DNA from: a virus
Strand: one strand, 5' to 3'
Length of the DNA stretch: 64,000 nucleotides
Virus record (IMG/VR): IMGVR_UViG_3300045988_057942
The translations under genes were made by a program, and so were the position numbers. Numbering within the stretch: position 1 is the stretch's first letter; each line of letters starts with the position of its first letter. The notes beneath the pieces were generated by a model. It did not search any database and had not been told where the DNA came from. It saw only the letters and a list, made by a program, of their open reading frames with translations. Below, in pieces: positions 19,394-29,966 of this stretch.

Positions 19394-19440
19394 CATCCTC
19401 TACGGGGAGTATAGCGTAGGCACGTAGTGCCGAAGCGTAC
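19394..19440 (+). repeat. Composite GC element. Motif plus GGCAC-gta-GTGCC hairpin. Intergenic.
   Basis: Read directly. Confidence 0.7.
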
Positions 19441-20479
19441 CCAAGCTAGTGTTGAACTTAATAATGTTAATATGGAACTTAGAGATAAAAGATATAATGA
19501 TATTAGACTTATTTTTCATGAAGAAGAACATAAGTATAACGATAGTCTTGGTAATGATTATATTTCAACCACTACTATTCTTCATGGATATCAACCGAAG
19601 TTCAATAAGAACTATTGGTTGAGAAAAAAGTCTAAAGAACTAGGAATAAGTGAGAAGAAACTAGAGGAACAATGGTCAACTATTACTAAAGAAGCTTGTG
19701 AACGTGGAACTAATACTCATAATGGTCTTGAAGATGGCGTTAAAGGGGCATCTATGTTTCAACAAGCTATTAATTATCTTGATAAACGTGAAGATGGTGT
19801 AATGGTTACTATTGCTGATATTCCAAATTTTGGTGCTAGTTATAAGTTACTTAATCTTAAAGATTTTATTGAACTTACAGATAATCGTTATCCTCTTATT
19901 TATAATGCGTTTAAAATGTACACTGAAAGAGGATATAAGATTTATAGTGAGATTGGTATGTTTCTTATAGATTGGTTAATTAGTGGAACTATTGATATTC
20001 TTCTAGTTAATGAAGATACTAATTGTGCTATTGTGGGTGATTGGAAAACTAATCGTGGTGGATTAAAATTTAGTAGTGGTTATTATAAAAAAGATAAAAC
20101 AGTTAAACCTGCACAACAAACTAATGTTTGGGTTGATAAAGATGAACGACTTTTAGCTCCTCTTAATCATCTTCCTAATTGTAATGGTGCTATATATAAT
20201 CTTCAACTTAGTATGTATGCTTTTGCTGTTGAATATATACTTGGTTTAACCATTAAAGGTATTTGGTTATGTCATATTGATAGTGATTTTGAACTTAATG
20301 AATATGGTATGCCAAAAAGATTTTCTGATGGTCTTTATCATATTAAAGAAAATCCTGTTGAAACTACTAAGTTTTTTACTATGAATTATCTGCGTGATGA
20401 TATTAGTAAGATTCTTAAAGATAGAGAATTACAAATTAAAGCTAGTGGTGTTCAAACTCAATTTAAACTTGCTATATGA
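19427..20479 (+). CDS. Putative PD-(D/E)xK-family nuclease (350 aa). Motif GTIDILLVNEDTNCAIVGDWKTN matches D...E.K. The likely start is the ATG near 19472; the track uses a GTG at 19427 inside a GC-element.
   Basis: D-x(n)-E-x-K-like arrangement read in the translation. No other recognisable motifs. Confidence 0.4.
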   Translation: MPKRTQASVELNNVNMELRDKRYNDIRLIFHEEEHKYNDSLGNDYISTTTILHGYQPKFNKNYWLRKKSKELGISEKKLEEQWSTITKEACERGTNTHNGLEDGVKGASMFQQAINYLDKREDGVMVTIADIPNFGASYKLLNLKDFIELTDNRYPLIYNAFKMYTERGYKIYSEIGMFLIDWLISGTIDILLVNEDTNCAIVGDWKTNRGGLKFSSGYYKKDKTVKPAQQTNVWVDKDERLLAPLNHLPNCNGAIYNLQLSMYAFAVEYILGLTIKGIWLCHIDSDFELNEYGMPKRFSDGLYHIKENPVETTKFFTMNYLRDDISKILKDRELQIKASGVQTQFKLAI

Positions 20480-20826
20480 AATTGAATAAAGATAATTTAA
20501 TTGGAGTAATTATTGGATTTATTGTTTTAGTTATATTTGCTGTTTGTTTATCTAGTGGATGTACTAAACGTATTACTCCAGTTCCTGAAATTCGTTATGT
20601 TCCTGTTACTGATTCTACTGCGGTTAATGAATTAGTTCTAACTAAAGAATTACTTCGTAGAACTCAAGATTCTCTTAACACTTATAAATCTGATACTACT
20701 ATTAGTGCTGATTATTTTGTAGCTAAATATAAACTTGAACGTATTAGATATTATAATGATATTGCAGGTAAAGGAAATAATATCAAATTTCTTAGAGGTT
20801 GGATTCGTAGAACTCTTGAAGAATAA
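20476..20826 (+). CDS. Putative lipoprotein (116 aa) with signal/TM and lipobox-like ...AVCLSSGC. Candidate outer-membrane spanin or lysis accessory protein.
   Basis: N-terminal hydrophobic segment followed by LSSGC. Confidence 0.4.
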   Translation: MKLNKDNLIGVIIGFIVLVIFAVCLSSGCTKRITPVPEIRYVPVTDSTAVNELVLTKELLRRTQDSLNTYKSDTTISADYFVAKYKLERIRYYNDIAGKGNNIKFLRGWIRRTLEE

Positions 20827-20829
20827 GTT

Positions 20830-21027
20830 ATGTATATTATTAATCGTAGAAAAAATATAAGATTAATTGGCGATGAACATCATATTGGTGATGACTTTGA
20901 ATTTGTGATTTATAAAGTTCAAATTAAAGTTCTTTGGTTTTGGGTTACAATTAAAGAATTTGATGAAGATGAATATTATGACGCTGTTGATTGTTTTAGA
21001 TATTGTACTAATCCTTATAAATATTAA
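20830..21027 (+). CDS. Hypothetical small protein (65 aa).
   Basis: ORF between the lysis genes. Confidence 0.4.
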   Translation: MYIINRRKNIRLIGDEHHIGDDFEFVIYKVQIKVLWFWVTIKEFDEDEYYDAVDCFRYCTNPYKY

Positions 21028-21030
21028 ATT

Positions 21031-21459
21031 ATGGCTTACTTTGGAGATGCTTTTAAAAAACTATCTATTAAAGAAGGTGGTTATGTAAACGATAAAGATG
21101 ATGCTGGTGGAGAAACTTATAGAGGTATCAGTCGTAAATATAATCCTACTTGGCAAGGTTGGAATATGATTGACCAATATAAGAAACGTTATACTGTTGG
21201 TAGTAAAGAATTTAAGTCTAAACTTGATAATGATATTCAACTTCAAAAACTTGTTTGGTCTAAATATAAAATTGGTTATTGGGATGTATTTGAACTTGAT
21301 GATTTTAATAGTCAGAGAGTTGCTGAACAATTATTTGATACTAACGTGAATTGTGGTCAAGTTGCCGCTATTAAGATGGCTCAAAGAGTTCTTGGACTTA
21401 AAGAAACTGGTAGATGGAATCTTGATTTGCTTAATAAACTTATAGAAATAAAAGATTAA
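21031..21459 (+). CDS. Endolysin, glycoside hydrolase family 108-like N-acetylmuramidase (142 aa). N-terminal motif KEGGYVNDKDDAGGETYRGI.
   Basis: The GH108 signature EGGYVNDxxDxGGxTxxGI is read near the N-terminus. Confidence 0.7.
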   Translation: MAYFGDAFKKLSIKEGGYVNDKDDAGGETYRGISRKYNPTWQGWNMIDQYKKRYTVGSKEFKSKLDNDIQLQKLVWSKYKIGYWDVFELDDFNSQRVAEQLFDTNVNCGQVAAIKMAQRVLGLKETGRWNLDLLNKLIEIKD

Positions 21460-21478
21460 CTTAATACTGTATAGAATT

Positions 21479-21757
21479 ATGAAGAAGATGCTGATAGCAA
21501 TATTTATAATAGCGATTATCAATTTGTGTTTAACTTTGTATTTATCAATAAGTCGATTTAGTGTAGAAGCCAATTCATATAATAAAAGTGACACTGCTAT
21601 TAATCATGTTCGGATTGATTCTATACAGTTAGTTATAACTGAAAGAGAAAGTATAGTTTATAAACTTAAAGAACATGAAAAAGATATTGAAGATAAAGTT
21701 ATTAGTCTTAATGACAGTGCTACTTGGGAGTTATTCAAGAAGTTGGTGTCAGAGTGA
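21479..21757 (+). CDS. Small membrane protein (92 aa) with an N-terminal TM helix. Holin or inner-membrane spanin candidate.
   Basis: MKKMLIAIFIIAIINLCLTLYLS is hydrophobic. The ORF overlaps the next gene in another frame. Confidence 0.45.
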   Translation: MKKMLIAIFIIAIINLCLTLYLSISRFSVEANSYNKSDTAINHVRIDSIQLVITERESIVYKLKEHEKDIEDKVISLNDSATWELFKKLVSE

Positions 21758-22097
21758 GATTGATAATGTAGTGCATCCTCCACGGGGAGTCAACACTACT
21801 GATACAACTGTTCTTGTCCCTATTAATATGATTAAGATTGCTAATACTAAAATTATTAAAGCTAAACTTTATAAAGATATTATTAACGAACAAGATAGTA
21901 TGATTAATCTCCATAAGATTAAATATAATGCTCTTTATAAAGAAGTTGAAACTTTACAAAATAATCTTGATAATAGTAATAAAGTAAATGATAATTTAAA
22001 TAAGTCTATTGAACGTATTAAACGTAAGAATAGATATTTGGTAAGCGGTGGTGCTGTTTGCGCTATCGCTTTTGTTGTTTGTTTACTAGTTAAATAA
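21675..22097 (+). CDS. Spanin-like/coiled-coil membrane protein (140 aa) with an N-terminal signal/TM, a central coiled coil and a C-terminal TM. Overlaps the previous ORF out of frame.
   Basis: Hydrophobic N- and C-termini, a heptad-like central region, and Rz/Rz1-like overlapping gene architecture. Confidence 0.4.
   Translation: MKKILKIKLLVLMTVLLGSYSRSWCQSEIDNVVHPPRGVNTTDTTVLVPINMIKIANTKIIKAKLYKDIINEQDSMINLHKIKYNALYKEVETLQNNLDNSNKVNDNLNKSIERIKRKNRYLVSGGAVCAIAFVVCLLVK
21774..21797 (+). repeat. GC-motif copy CATCCTCCACGGGGAGTCAACACT (HPPRGV in ORF 21675-22097).
   Basis: Read directly. Confidence 0.7.
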
Positions 22098-22103
22098 AAT
22101 ATT

Positions 22104-24359
22104 ATGGCTGATGGTAAATATCCTTTTCTAGAATACATTGAAGAACCTGATAAAGAGAAAAAGTATAAGAAAGCTAGTGATTGTGGATGGTATGACCCTC
22201 ATAATAACTTTTTAATTGGAGATAGTGGTGGCTTTCTTTTAAATATTAGACCTGGCAAATTTGTTAATACTGAACTTTTTAATGAAGCTGCTAGAACATA
22301 TCAAGCCACAGGTAAATATACTCAATTTAAAGTTGATAGTATTCCTCATAGACAATTTAGACGTAGAGAATGTGATAGACGACGTAATGGTTTTTCTGCT
22401 CCTTGTTGGCAAAATCCGGATGGAAGTATAGAAGATGTTTGGATAACAGGTGGTCATTATAATTTTCTTAATTATACTCGTATGGAGCGTACAGATGAAT
22501 CATCTGTTATTATTACTAATCATGGAGCTACTGCTAAAAAGATTTATAGTTTTCCTAGTTTTATTGATGCTCAGTTTTGGACTTTTCAAATTATAGAATT
22601 TTGTAGGCGTAATGGTTTACATCTTATTATTGATAAAACTAGACGTGGAGGTTTTTCTTATATTATGGCTTCTGATAGTTCTAACGAAGTTAATCTATCT
22701 AAACATAAAGTTGTTATTCATGTTGCAGCCGATAATAAATATTTAACTAAACAAGGAGGTTTAAGTGATTTTGCTGTTAATAACTTAAAGTTCTATGAAG
22801 AAAAAACTCCATTTAAAAGAGGTATATTTAGTCCAACCGCTGATAGTTTTAAACTTGGTTATCGTATGAAAAACGGAGTTGAAGCTGATGATAGTTGGTC
22901 TAGTTCTCTTTTAAGTGTTAGTGCTAATAATAATCCAGACTGTGCTATTGGTAAAGATGCTGTTACTATTAAAGTTGAAGAGTTATCTACAATGCAGAAC
23001 TTTGATGACTTTATGAATGTAACTGAACCTACAATGACTGTTGGTACTCGTACTACTGGTACTCTTATGGCTTGGGGAACTGCTACTGCTGCTAATATGC
23101 AAATATTTGAACAAAACTTTTATAATCCTAGAGCATTTAATTTTATGGCGTTTGAAAATGTTTGGGATAATGATTCTCGTAATGAAGTTTGTGGATTCTT
23201 TAAATCTTATGCTTGGGGACTTGAAGGTGAAATAGACGGAGTTAAAGGATTTGATGAAGATGGAAATAGTAATTTAAGAATAGGTCTTAAACTTGCTGCA
23301 CGAGAAAGAATTGAAAAGAAAGAAACTGCTAAAACTTTTTCAGAATATCTTAATTATCTTGGTCAACGTGCTTTATTTCCTGCTGAATCATTTAGTAGTG
23401 CTAGTGAAAATATATTTAGTAGTGAAGCTCTAAATAAGTTTGAAGATAAACTTCGAGTTGATAATAGTTATAAGTTTTATACTGATGGTGAACTATTTGA
23501 AGATGGAACTAAAAAGATTTATTTTAAATCTAATGCTCGTATAAGAATTGAAAATCCTGATATGAAAACTTATGATTATATTCAAGGAGTTCCTAGACGT
23601 GGTAACGAAGACCCTCATGGCTGTATAAGAGTTTGGTTTGCTCCTGAATATGAAGAAACTTATATTAATGATAGACTTGTAAGAGCTATTCTTCCTGGAA
23701 CTTATGTTGCAGTTTATGATCCTGTTGGTATTGATAAAGATAAGAAAGAAATTACTGATAGACATTCTCATAATAGTATGTTTGTTGTTGAAATGCCTAG
23801 AGAACGTAATGGATTTAAACCTAAATTATGTGCTGCATATTATGGACGTACTGAAAGACTAGAAGAAGCTGATGAAAAGTTTTATCGACTATGTAAATGG
23901 TATAATTGTATTGGTACTGGACTTGTAGAAATAAATCGTGGTGAAACTGTTTCTAATTTTCGTAAATGGAAAGCTACTAAATATCTAGGCTATGAACCTT
24001 TATATGTTTGGGATTCTGCTGTTAAAGAAAAAGTTAGTACTAGTTATGGTTATAATATTGGTAGTGGTCCTAAGAAACTAGATGGTCTTCGTCTTCTTAA
24101 AGAGTTCTTATATGAAGTTATTGGTAAGAATGAATTTGGAGAAGATATTTATGTTTTTGAAAGATTCCTTGATTATCAAACAATTCTTGAACTTAAAAAG
24201 TTTAATGCCGAAGGTAACTTTGACCGTATATCTAGTCTTATACTTTTAGGTATATATTGGAAGTCTATTGATATTAAAGGTAAACGAGAACTTGCTAATC
24301 GTAAGAAAGTTACAGAAGATAATGATAAAACAGATATTTTTAATAGACAATGGTTTTAA
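22104..24359 (+). CDS. Candidate terminase large subunit (751 aa), assigned by size and position immediately upstream of the portal candidate. No canonical Walker A was spotted.
   Basis: Assignment rests on conserved gene order and size, not on motifs. Confidence 0.4.
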   Translation: MADGKYPFLEYIEEPDKEKKYKKASDCGWYDPHNNFLIGDSGGFLLNIRPGKFVNTELFNEAARTYQATGKYTQFKVDSIPHRQFRRRECDRRRNGFSAPCWQNPDGSIEDVWITGGHYNFLNYTRMERTDESSVIITNHGATAKKIYSFPSFIDAQFWTFQIIEFCRRNGLHLIIDKTRRGGFSYIMASDSSNEVNLSKHKVVIHVAADNKYLTKQGGLSDFAVNNLKFYEEKTPFKRGIFSPTADSFKLGYRMKNGVEADDSWSSSLLSVSANNNPDCAIGKDAVTIKVEELSTMQNFDDFMNVTEPTMTVGTRTTGTLMAWGTATAANMQIFEQNFYNPRAFNFMAFENVWDNDSRNEVCGFFKSYAWGLEGEIDGVKGFDEDGNSNLRIGLKLAARERIEKKETAKTFSEYLNYLGQRALFPAESFSSASENIFSSEALNKFEDKLRVDNSYKFYTDGELFEDGTKKIYFKSNARIRIENPDMKTYDYIQGVPRRGNEDPHGCIRVWFAPEYEETYINDRLVRAILPGTYVAVYDPVGIDKDKKEITDRHSHNSMFVVEMPRERNGFKPKLCAAYYGRTERLEEADEKFYRLCKWYNCIGTGLVEINRGETVSNFRKWKATKYLGYEPLYVWDSAVKEKVSTSYGYNIGSGPKKLDGLRLLKEFLYEVIGKNEFGEDIYVFERFLDYQTILELKKFNAEGNFDRISSLILLGIYWKSIDIKGKRELANRKKVTEDNDKTDIFNRQWF

Positions 24360-24377
24360 GATTAAACAAATAAAGAT

Positions 24378-26789
24378 ATGTATAATTTTGGTAGACTTGA
24401 TTTTCCTAATCAGCATGTTAGTTATGCTGAAAAACAAGAAGTTGATTGGTATGCTAAATGTTGTGATTATGTTATAGAAGCTGGTATTGCTTGTAAAGCT
24501 GATTTTAATGTAGAAGAAAAGTTTAATATACTTCTTGGTAATATTCCTAGAGAATATTATAGAAAAACTCTTAATCCTTATAATGAGAAAGATGAAAATC
24601 TAACTCGTTTTCCTGCTACTATGCGTAATTACGATATGATGAAAGGTATTATTCGTAGATATATTGGTGAATATATTAAAAATCCACATGATTTTATTGT
24701 TGGTGCTAATAATCCTGAAGTTGTATTTGCTAGAGATGCAGAACTTGGTAGACAAATTATGTTACTTGCTGAACAAGCTGTAGCTAAAAGAATACAAGAA
24801 AGCTATATGCAGTTTGTTAATGAAGGTAATAATCCTGAGAAATTTAATGCTGAACAAGCTGTAGATATTGAGGCTTTTATTAAAGAATTTAATGAAAATT
24901 TTATTGATGATATAAGTGCTCAAGGTCAAGATTTAATTAATGTTATTGATGACCTTACTGATGCATTTACTATATATGCTAGAGCTTATTTTGAATTTGT
25001 TACTTTTGGGGCTTGTTATACTTATAGAGATGTTGTAGGTAGCCAATTAATTAAACGAGTTGTTAGTGTTAGAGATGCTTTTCCAGTTCATAATGATAGT
25101 ATGTTTGCTGAGGATTATGATATGTTTGCTGAGCGTCGTATGCTTACTAGACAACAAATTATAGATGAGTTTTATGAATATCTTTCTGAAAAGGAACGAG
25201 AAGCACTTGATACTTATTATCAATATAGCACTACTAGTTCTAGCGATAAAGCTCTTCTAAATTGGGATAAATATATGCACTACTTTGGTGATGTATGTGC
25301 TAAATTTAATAAAGACGATTTACAACATATTAAGAATACTAATATAATGGCTCGTGATGCAAATAACGGTCTATTTGAAGTATGGCATGCTGTTTGGAGA
25401 GGTGAAATAAAAGAAGGAATACTTACTTATAATGATGGAGCATTTGTTACAACAAGAATTGTTGATGAAACTTATCAGCTTAACCCTGCTGGTGGTGATA
25501 TTAGTATTGAATGGGTGTGGCGACCTCAAGTTTATGAAAGCGTTAGGATTGGTTCTCGTGCTACAAGCATATATCCTTATAAGGCTCGTCCTATTGCTTA
25601 TAATAGAAATGGCAAACTTCCTTATAATGGTATTGCAGAACTTCTTCCAGGTTTTGGAAGATTTAGTATTGTAGATACAGTTCTTCCTTATCAAGTATTT
25701 CGTAATATAGTTGCTTATCATAGAGAAATGGCAATTGCTAAAAACAAGATGAATGTACTTATGATTGCTAAATCTCTTCTTGGTAAGAAACCTGCTGATA
25801 CTATATATCGTATGGCAGCTGATGGAGTTCTTTACATTGATGATGAAGATGATTCTAGTATTGTTAAAGCTCAAAATGTTCGATATCTTGAAAGTCGTAT
25901 GAATAATTATATTACTGAACTTGGACAACTTATTCAAGAGATTGAACAGACTGCTAAGATGGAATGCGATATGACTCCTCAACGTTATGGAGAGATTGCT
26001 AATAGTGCTGGTAAAGGAGTAACAGATGAAGCTGTTATTCGTGGAAGTATGGGTTCTGTTATTATCGAATTTATATTTGATAAAATGAGAGAACGAGATT
26101 ATCAAGCTGAAATGGATTATACTAAACTTGCTTGGATTGATGGTCTTAATACTTCTTATAAAACTAAAGATGGTGATATTAGATATTTAAATCTTGATGT
26201 TAATAATCATATTTTTGCTAATTATATTGTTACTTGTAAAACTTCTGTTAAAGAACGTGAGAAACTTGAACAATATAAACAATTTGCATTTAGTGCTGCT
26301 CAAAACGGTAATATGGATATGGCTAATGCTGCTATACGTGGAGATAATGTTGCTCAAATTAGTAAACTTATTGATAAATATCAAAATATTCAAAGAGAGC
26401 ATGAGCTCGATATTGAACGTGTTTCTCAACAAACAGAACAACTTCGTCAACAATTTGAACTTGCTAAAATTGATAGAAAAGCTGAACAAGATAGAGAAAC
26501 TATTAGAATTGAAAAGTATCTTGATGGACAAATAGAAGCTATGAAAGCTAATGCTAATATCATGAGTTTTGATAACGGTCTTAGTGAATCTGAAAAGAAT
26601 CAAGCCGAAGAACGTATGGAAAATGCTAGACTTAATATTGAACGTACTAAACTTGGATTAGATGCTCAAAAGACTGCTGTTGAAGCTAGTCTTAAAGAAA
26701 AAGAATTAGCTGTAAAAGTCAAAGAAAGTAATGATAAAGTAAAGATTGCAAAGACGAATAAAAATCGTTATGATGTTAAAAGTAAATAG
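24378..26789 (+). CDS. Candidate portal protein (803 aa) with a long C-terminal coiled-coil/helical barrel region.
   Basis: Size, position between the terminase and capsid candidates, and a long helical C-terminus typical of crAss-like portals. Confidence 0.45.
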   Translation: MYNFGRLDFPNQHVSYAEKQEVDWYAKCCDYVIEAGIACKADFNVEEKFNILLGNIPREYYRKTLNPYNEKDENLTRFPATMRNYDMMKGIIRRYIGEYIKNPHDFIVGANNPEVVFARDAELGRQIMLLAEQAVAKRIQESYMQFVNEGNNPEKFNAEQAVDIEAFIKEFNENFIDDISAQGQDLINVIDDLTDAFTIYARAYFEFVTFGACYTYRDVVGSQLIKRVVSVRDAFPVHNDSMFAEDYDMFAERRMLTRQQIIDEFYEYLSEKEREALDTYYQYSTTSSSDKALLNWDKYMHYFGDVCAKFNKDDLQHIKNTNIMARDANNGLFEVWHAVWRGEIKEGILTYNDGAFVTTRIVDETYQLNPAGGDISIEWVWRPQVYESVRIGSRATSIYPYKARPIAYNRNGKLPYNGIAELLPGFGRFSIVDTVLPYQVFRNIVAYHREMAIAKNKMNVLMIAKSLLGKKPADTIYRMAADGVLYIDDEDDSSIVKAQNVRYLESRMNNYITELGQLIQEIEQTAKMECDMTPQRYGEIANSAGKGVTDEAVIRGSMGSVIIEFIFDKMRERDYQAEMDYTKLAWIDGLNTSYKTKDGDIRYLNLDVNNHIFANYIVTCKTSVKEREKLEQYKQFAFSAAQNGNMDMANAAIRGDNVAQISKLIDKYQNIQREHELDIERVSQQTEQLRQQFELAKIDRKAEQDRETIRIEKYLDGQIEAMKANANIMSFDNGLSESEKNQAEERMENARLNIERTKLGLDAQKTAVEASLKEKELAVKVKESNDKVKIAKTNKNRYDVKSK

Positions 26790-26820
26790 TTGACTGTAAT
26801 TCTAAATTTTGTTCATAATA

Positions 26821-26870
26821 GGGCTGGACTTGCTTGTGAAAGTAGGTTCAGCCCATTTTCTTTTTTATTT
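26821..26870 (+). terminator. Rho-independent terminator. Stem GGGCTGGAC...GTTCAGCCC, then ATTTTCTTTTTTATTT.
   Basis: GC-rich 9-bp stem plus T-tract, read directly, 30 nt after the stop of the portal candidate. Confidence 0.75.
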
Positions 26871-27132
26871 ACATCATATAAACGATTTCTAGCTCATTCT
26901 AAGCATTTTATCTATTCCGTGATAGATTAATCATCTCAATAAAATTTGATTATTGTAGGGCTTGTCTGAAAGCGACAGCAGTATTTATTAGACCTAAATA
27001 GGTACGATTAGCAATAGTAAAATACATTAGAAATCATCTTAATGGTGAACACATTTTAACAATATAAGTAAAACTCATATTATTAATAAGATTTATATTT
27101 GTGATATAGTAATTAATTAAAAATAAAGAATT

Positions 27133-28449
27133 ATGCCTAGTTTTGATAGTTTTGGTTTTAACGGTGAAACATCTAATGTTGATGTAAAACCTACTGACGA
27201 CGTTACTGACCTTGATACAGGTAAAACAGGACAGTTAGATGCTAATGGTAATGCTGTTGATGATATTACCGGAAATGGTAATGGAGATGACAATAATGGT
27301 GATGCTAATAAAGATAAACAAACTTCATCCTCTACGGGGGGTCAAACCAAGGATACTAAAAATCCTGATGATGTTAATGCTAATGAGCATGATTTAGAAG
27401 AAGGTACTATTATTGAAGATGGAGATAATAAATATACTGTTGATAAAGACGGTAATCTTATTGACGATAAAGGTAATATCTTTAAAGCTAAAAATGAAGT
27501 TGCTGCTTATCTTAAAGAATTTGAAGTAGAAGATACTAGTAATGAAGATAAAATTGATGTTAAATCAATTCAAGAACTTGTAGGTGTTTCTGTTACTTCA
27601 GAAGATGGCAAACCAGTTACTTTTGATAATACTCCTCAAGGAGTTGCAAGTTATGTTCAATCCGTTCTTGATTTAAAACGTGATGAATTTGCTAAAGCTG
27701 GAGTTAATAAATTATTTGAAGATTATCCTGTTGTTAGTGATTTTCTTAATTATTATATTGCAAATGGTAATTCATTTGAAGGCTTTGGTGAACTTAGAGA
27801 TAGAAGCGGTATTGAAGTCGATGAAAATAATGTGAGCCAACAAGAAGCTATTGTTCGTGAAGCGTTTAAGGAATTTAATCGTCGTGGTAATGTTGATAAG
27901 TATATTCAATATTTGAAAGATAGTAATGAACTTTTCAATGTTGCTAAAGAAGAACTTGAAGCTCTTCAGAAAGCTGATAACGATGTACGTGAAGCTAATG
28001 CTAAAGAGGCTTTACGAGTTAAAGCAGAAGAAGAAAAACAACTTGTAGAATTTTGGAATGGTGTTAAAGAATGTATTGATAAACGACAAATTGCCGGTTA
28101 TCGTATTCCTGAAACTGTTATTATTGAACGTAATGGAAAACAAATTTCTACAACTCCAGAAGATTTCTTTAATTATGTTTATCAAGTTGATGATAAAGGA
28201 CTTTCTCGTTATGAAAATGATTTAATGAAGTTATCTCCTGCTGAAAGACGCGATGAAGAACTGCTTAAAGCTTGGCTTAAATATACAGGTAAAGGTTATG
28301 ATAGTTTGATAGAAATGGCTGTTTCTGATAAAGAAGCTAAAAAGTTGAAACTTACTGCAAGTCAACGTAAATCTACAAGAGGAGCTATTAAAATAACTAA
28401 ACCTGATAGTAAAAATGACGTTCTAAAAGATGAACGTTTTGGTTATTAA
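27133..28449 (+). CDS. Hypothetical structural protein (438 aa) with an acidic Gly/Asp-rich N-terminus. Scaffold-like. Contains an in-frame GC-motif (SSSTGGQ).
   Basis: ORF. A TATATTTG -7-like box lies 35 nt upstream. Confidence 0.6.
   Translation: MPSFDSFGFNGETSNVDVKPTDDVTDLDTGKTGQLDANGNAVDDITGNGNGDDNNGDANKDKQTSSSTGGQTKDTKNPDDVNANEHDLEEGTIIEDGDNKYTVDKDGNLIDDKGNIFKAKNEVAAYLKEFEVEDTSNEDKIDVKSIQELVGVSVTSEDGKPVTFDNTPQGVASYVQSVLDLKRDEFAKAGVNKLFEDYPVVSDFLNYYIANGNSFEGFGELRDRSGIEVDENNVSQQEAIVREAFKEFNRRGNVDKYIQYLKDSNELFNVAKEELEALQKADNDVREANAKEALRVKAEEEKQLVEFWNGVKECIDKRQIAGYRIPETVIIERNGKQISTTPEDFFNYVYQVDDKGLSRYENDLMKLSPAERRDEELLKAWLKYTGKGYDSLIEMAVSDKEAKKLKLTASQRKSTRGAIKITKPDSKNDVLKDERFGY
27327..27349 (+). 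repeat. GC-motif copy (SSSTGGQ in 27133-28449).
   Basis: Read directly. Confidence 0.7.
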
Positions 28450-28468
28450 TTTAATAGTAAATTTGTAG

Positions 28469-29941
28469 ATGAAAACATTACGTGTTATTGGACAAACTCG
28501 TTATGAAGATAGAGGTTATTCTAATGAAGAATCAATTGCTTATCTTCAATTACAGAAGCCGGAAGAAATTAATAGTTTTCTGACTTATAATTATGGTATG
28601 GATAGCGACCGTTTTCCTTTAAGTTTTATTACTGAAGGGCAAGGTAGCCGAGGTATTAAAGATATTGCTACTGTACAGTGGACTTGGAAGACTATGGGTC
28701 GTATGAAGTTTACTGACTTTGTAACTTATTTTAATACTGCTGTTACTAAACCTGGTCTTAATGGTTCTGAATTTGAAGTTCATTTCTCTACTCACTGGTT
28801 TATTGAACAACATGGTCTTACTGCTCCTGATGGTATTACTCAAGTTCGTATTCAGAAAGATTTAGGAGAATCTGCTTATGGTTATGGTTATCTTTTGAAA
28901 CTTACTTCTCCTAATCCTGATGCTTATGTTGACCCTCAATGGTTGACTAAAGGTATGTATTGGGCTATGAGTGCTCCTACTGTTTCTGAATCTTATTCTA
29001 AAGGTAACAGAAGTAATACTATGGGTCCTGCTGGTATGACTTCTCAACTTGAGTTTTATCGTTACTCTAAAGAAATAGCTGGTAATCTTGCTAATGTTAT
29101 TACTCAATATCAATTCCAAAATGATAATGGCGGTACTTCTAATCTTTGGATTAACGAAGAAATGCGCCAGTTCAACTTGCACATGAGAGTAATGAACGAA
29201 GAGCGGTTGTGGAAAGCTGAATATAATCGTTTACCTGATGGTACAATTCCTTTGAAAGACCATGATAATGGTAAACCTATTTATCGTACTGCTGGTATGT
29301 TAGAAATTTGTCGTGAATCTAACTATGATACTTATGGTGAAGTTCTAACACTTAATAAACTTGAACGTACAATTGGTGATGTTCTTGACCGTGATACTCA
29401 AGATGGTGATAAGAAAGTTGTTCTTATGGGTGGTAAAGGATTTATTCGTGACTTTGAAATGGCTATTAGAACTGATGCTAAAGAAAACGGATTTATCACT
29501 CCTCTTGGTGAAAAGATGATTCAAGATAATGGAGAAGGTCTTTCTTATGGACGTTACTTTAATAAGTATAAAACTCCAGATGGTTATATCATTACAGTTG
29601 TACATAATGCTTATTTCGATAAGGGTACTGATGCTGAAGCTGCTAAGCAAAATGGTATGATTCATCCTACTACTGGTTTGCCTATTACTTCTCATCAAGC
29701 TGCTTTAATTGATATGAGTAATTATAAAGGTAATCAGAATGTTCGTATTGTACGTCAAAAAGGACAGGCTTATAAAGCTAAAGTTATTGAAGGTATGACC
29801 GATATTCCTGCTTGCTGGGGATTGCCTAATACTAATCATGCAGCTACCGAAATTGATATGGCTCGTTATGAAGTTAAAGGTTCTATTGGTTTGCAAGTAG
29901 ATAATACTACTAAGATGTTCTTGTTAAAATGTGTATTATAA
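28469..29941 (+). CDS. Candidate major capsid protein (490 aa).
   Basis: Size and position downstream of the portal/scaffold-like genes. No motif evidence. Confidence 0.45.
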   Translation: MKTLRVIGQTRYEDRGYSNEESIAYLQLQKPEEINSFLTYNYGMDSDRFPLSFITEGQGSRGIKDIATVQWTWKTMGRMKFTDFVTYFNTAVTKPGLNGSEFEVHFSTHWFIEQHGLTAPDGITQVRIQKDLGESAYGYGYLLKLTSPNPDAYVDPQWLTKGMYWAMSAPTVSESYSKGNRSNTMGPAGMTSQLEFYRYSKEIAGNLANVITQYQFQNDNGGTSNLWINEEMRQFNLHMRVMNEERLWKAEYNRLPDGTIPLKDHDNGKPIYRTAGMLEICRESNYDTYGEVLTLNKLERTIGDVLDRDTQDGDKKVVLMGGKGFIRDFEMAIRTDAKENGFITPLGEKMIQDNGEGLSYGRYFNKYKTPDGYIITVVHNAYFDKGTDAEAAKQNGMIHPTTGLPITSHQAALIDMSNYKGNQNVRIVRQKGQAYKAKVIEGMTDIPACWGLPNTNHAATEIDMARYEVKGSIGLQVDNTTKMFLLKCVL

Positions 29942-29966
29942 TCATTTAAAAGAAACTATTTAAGAT

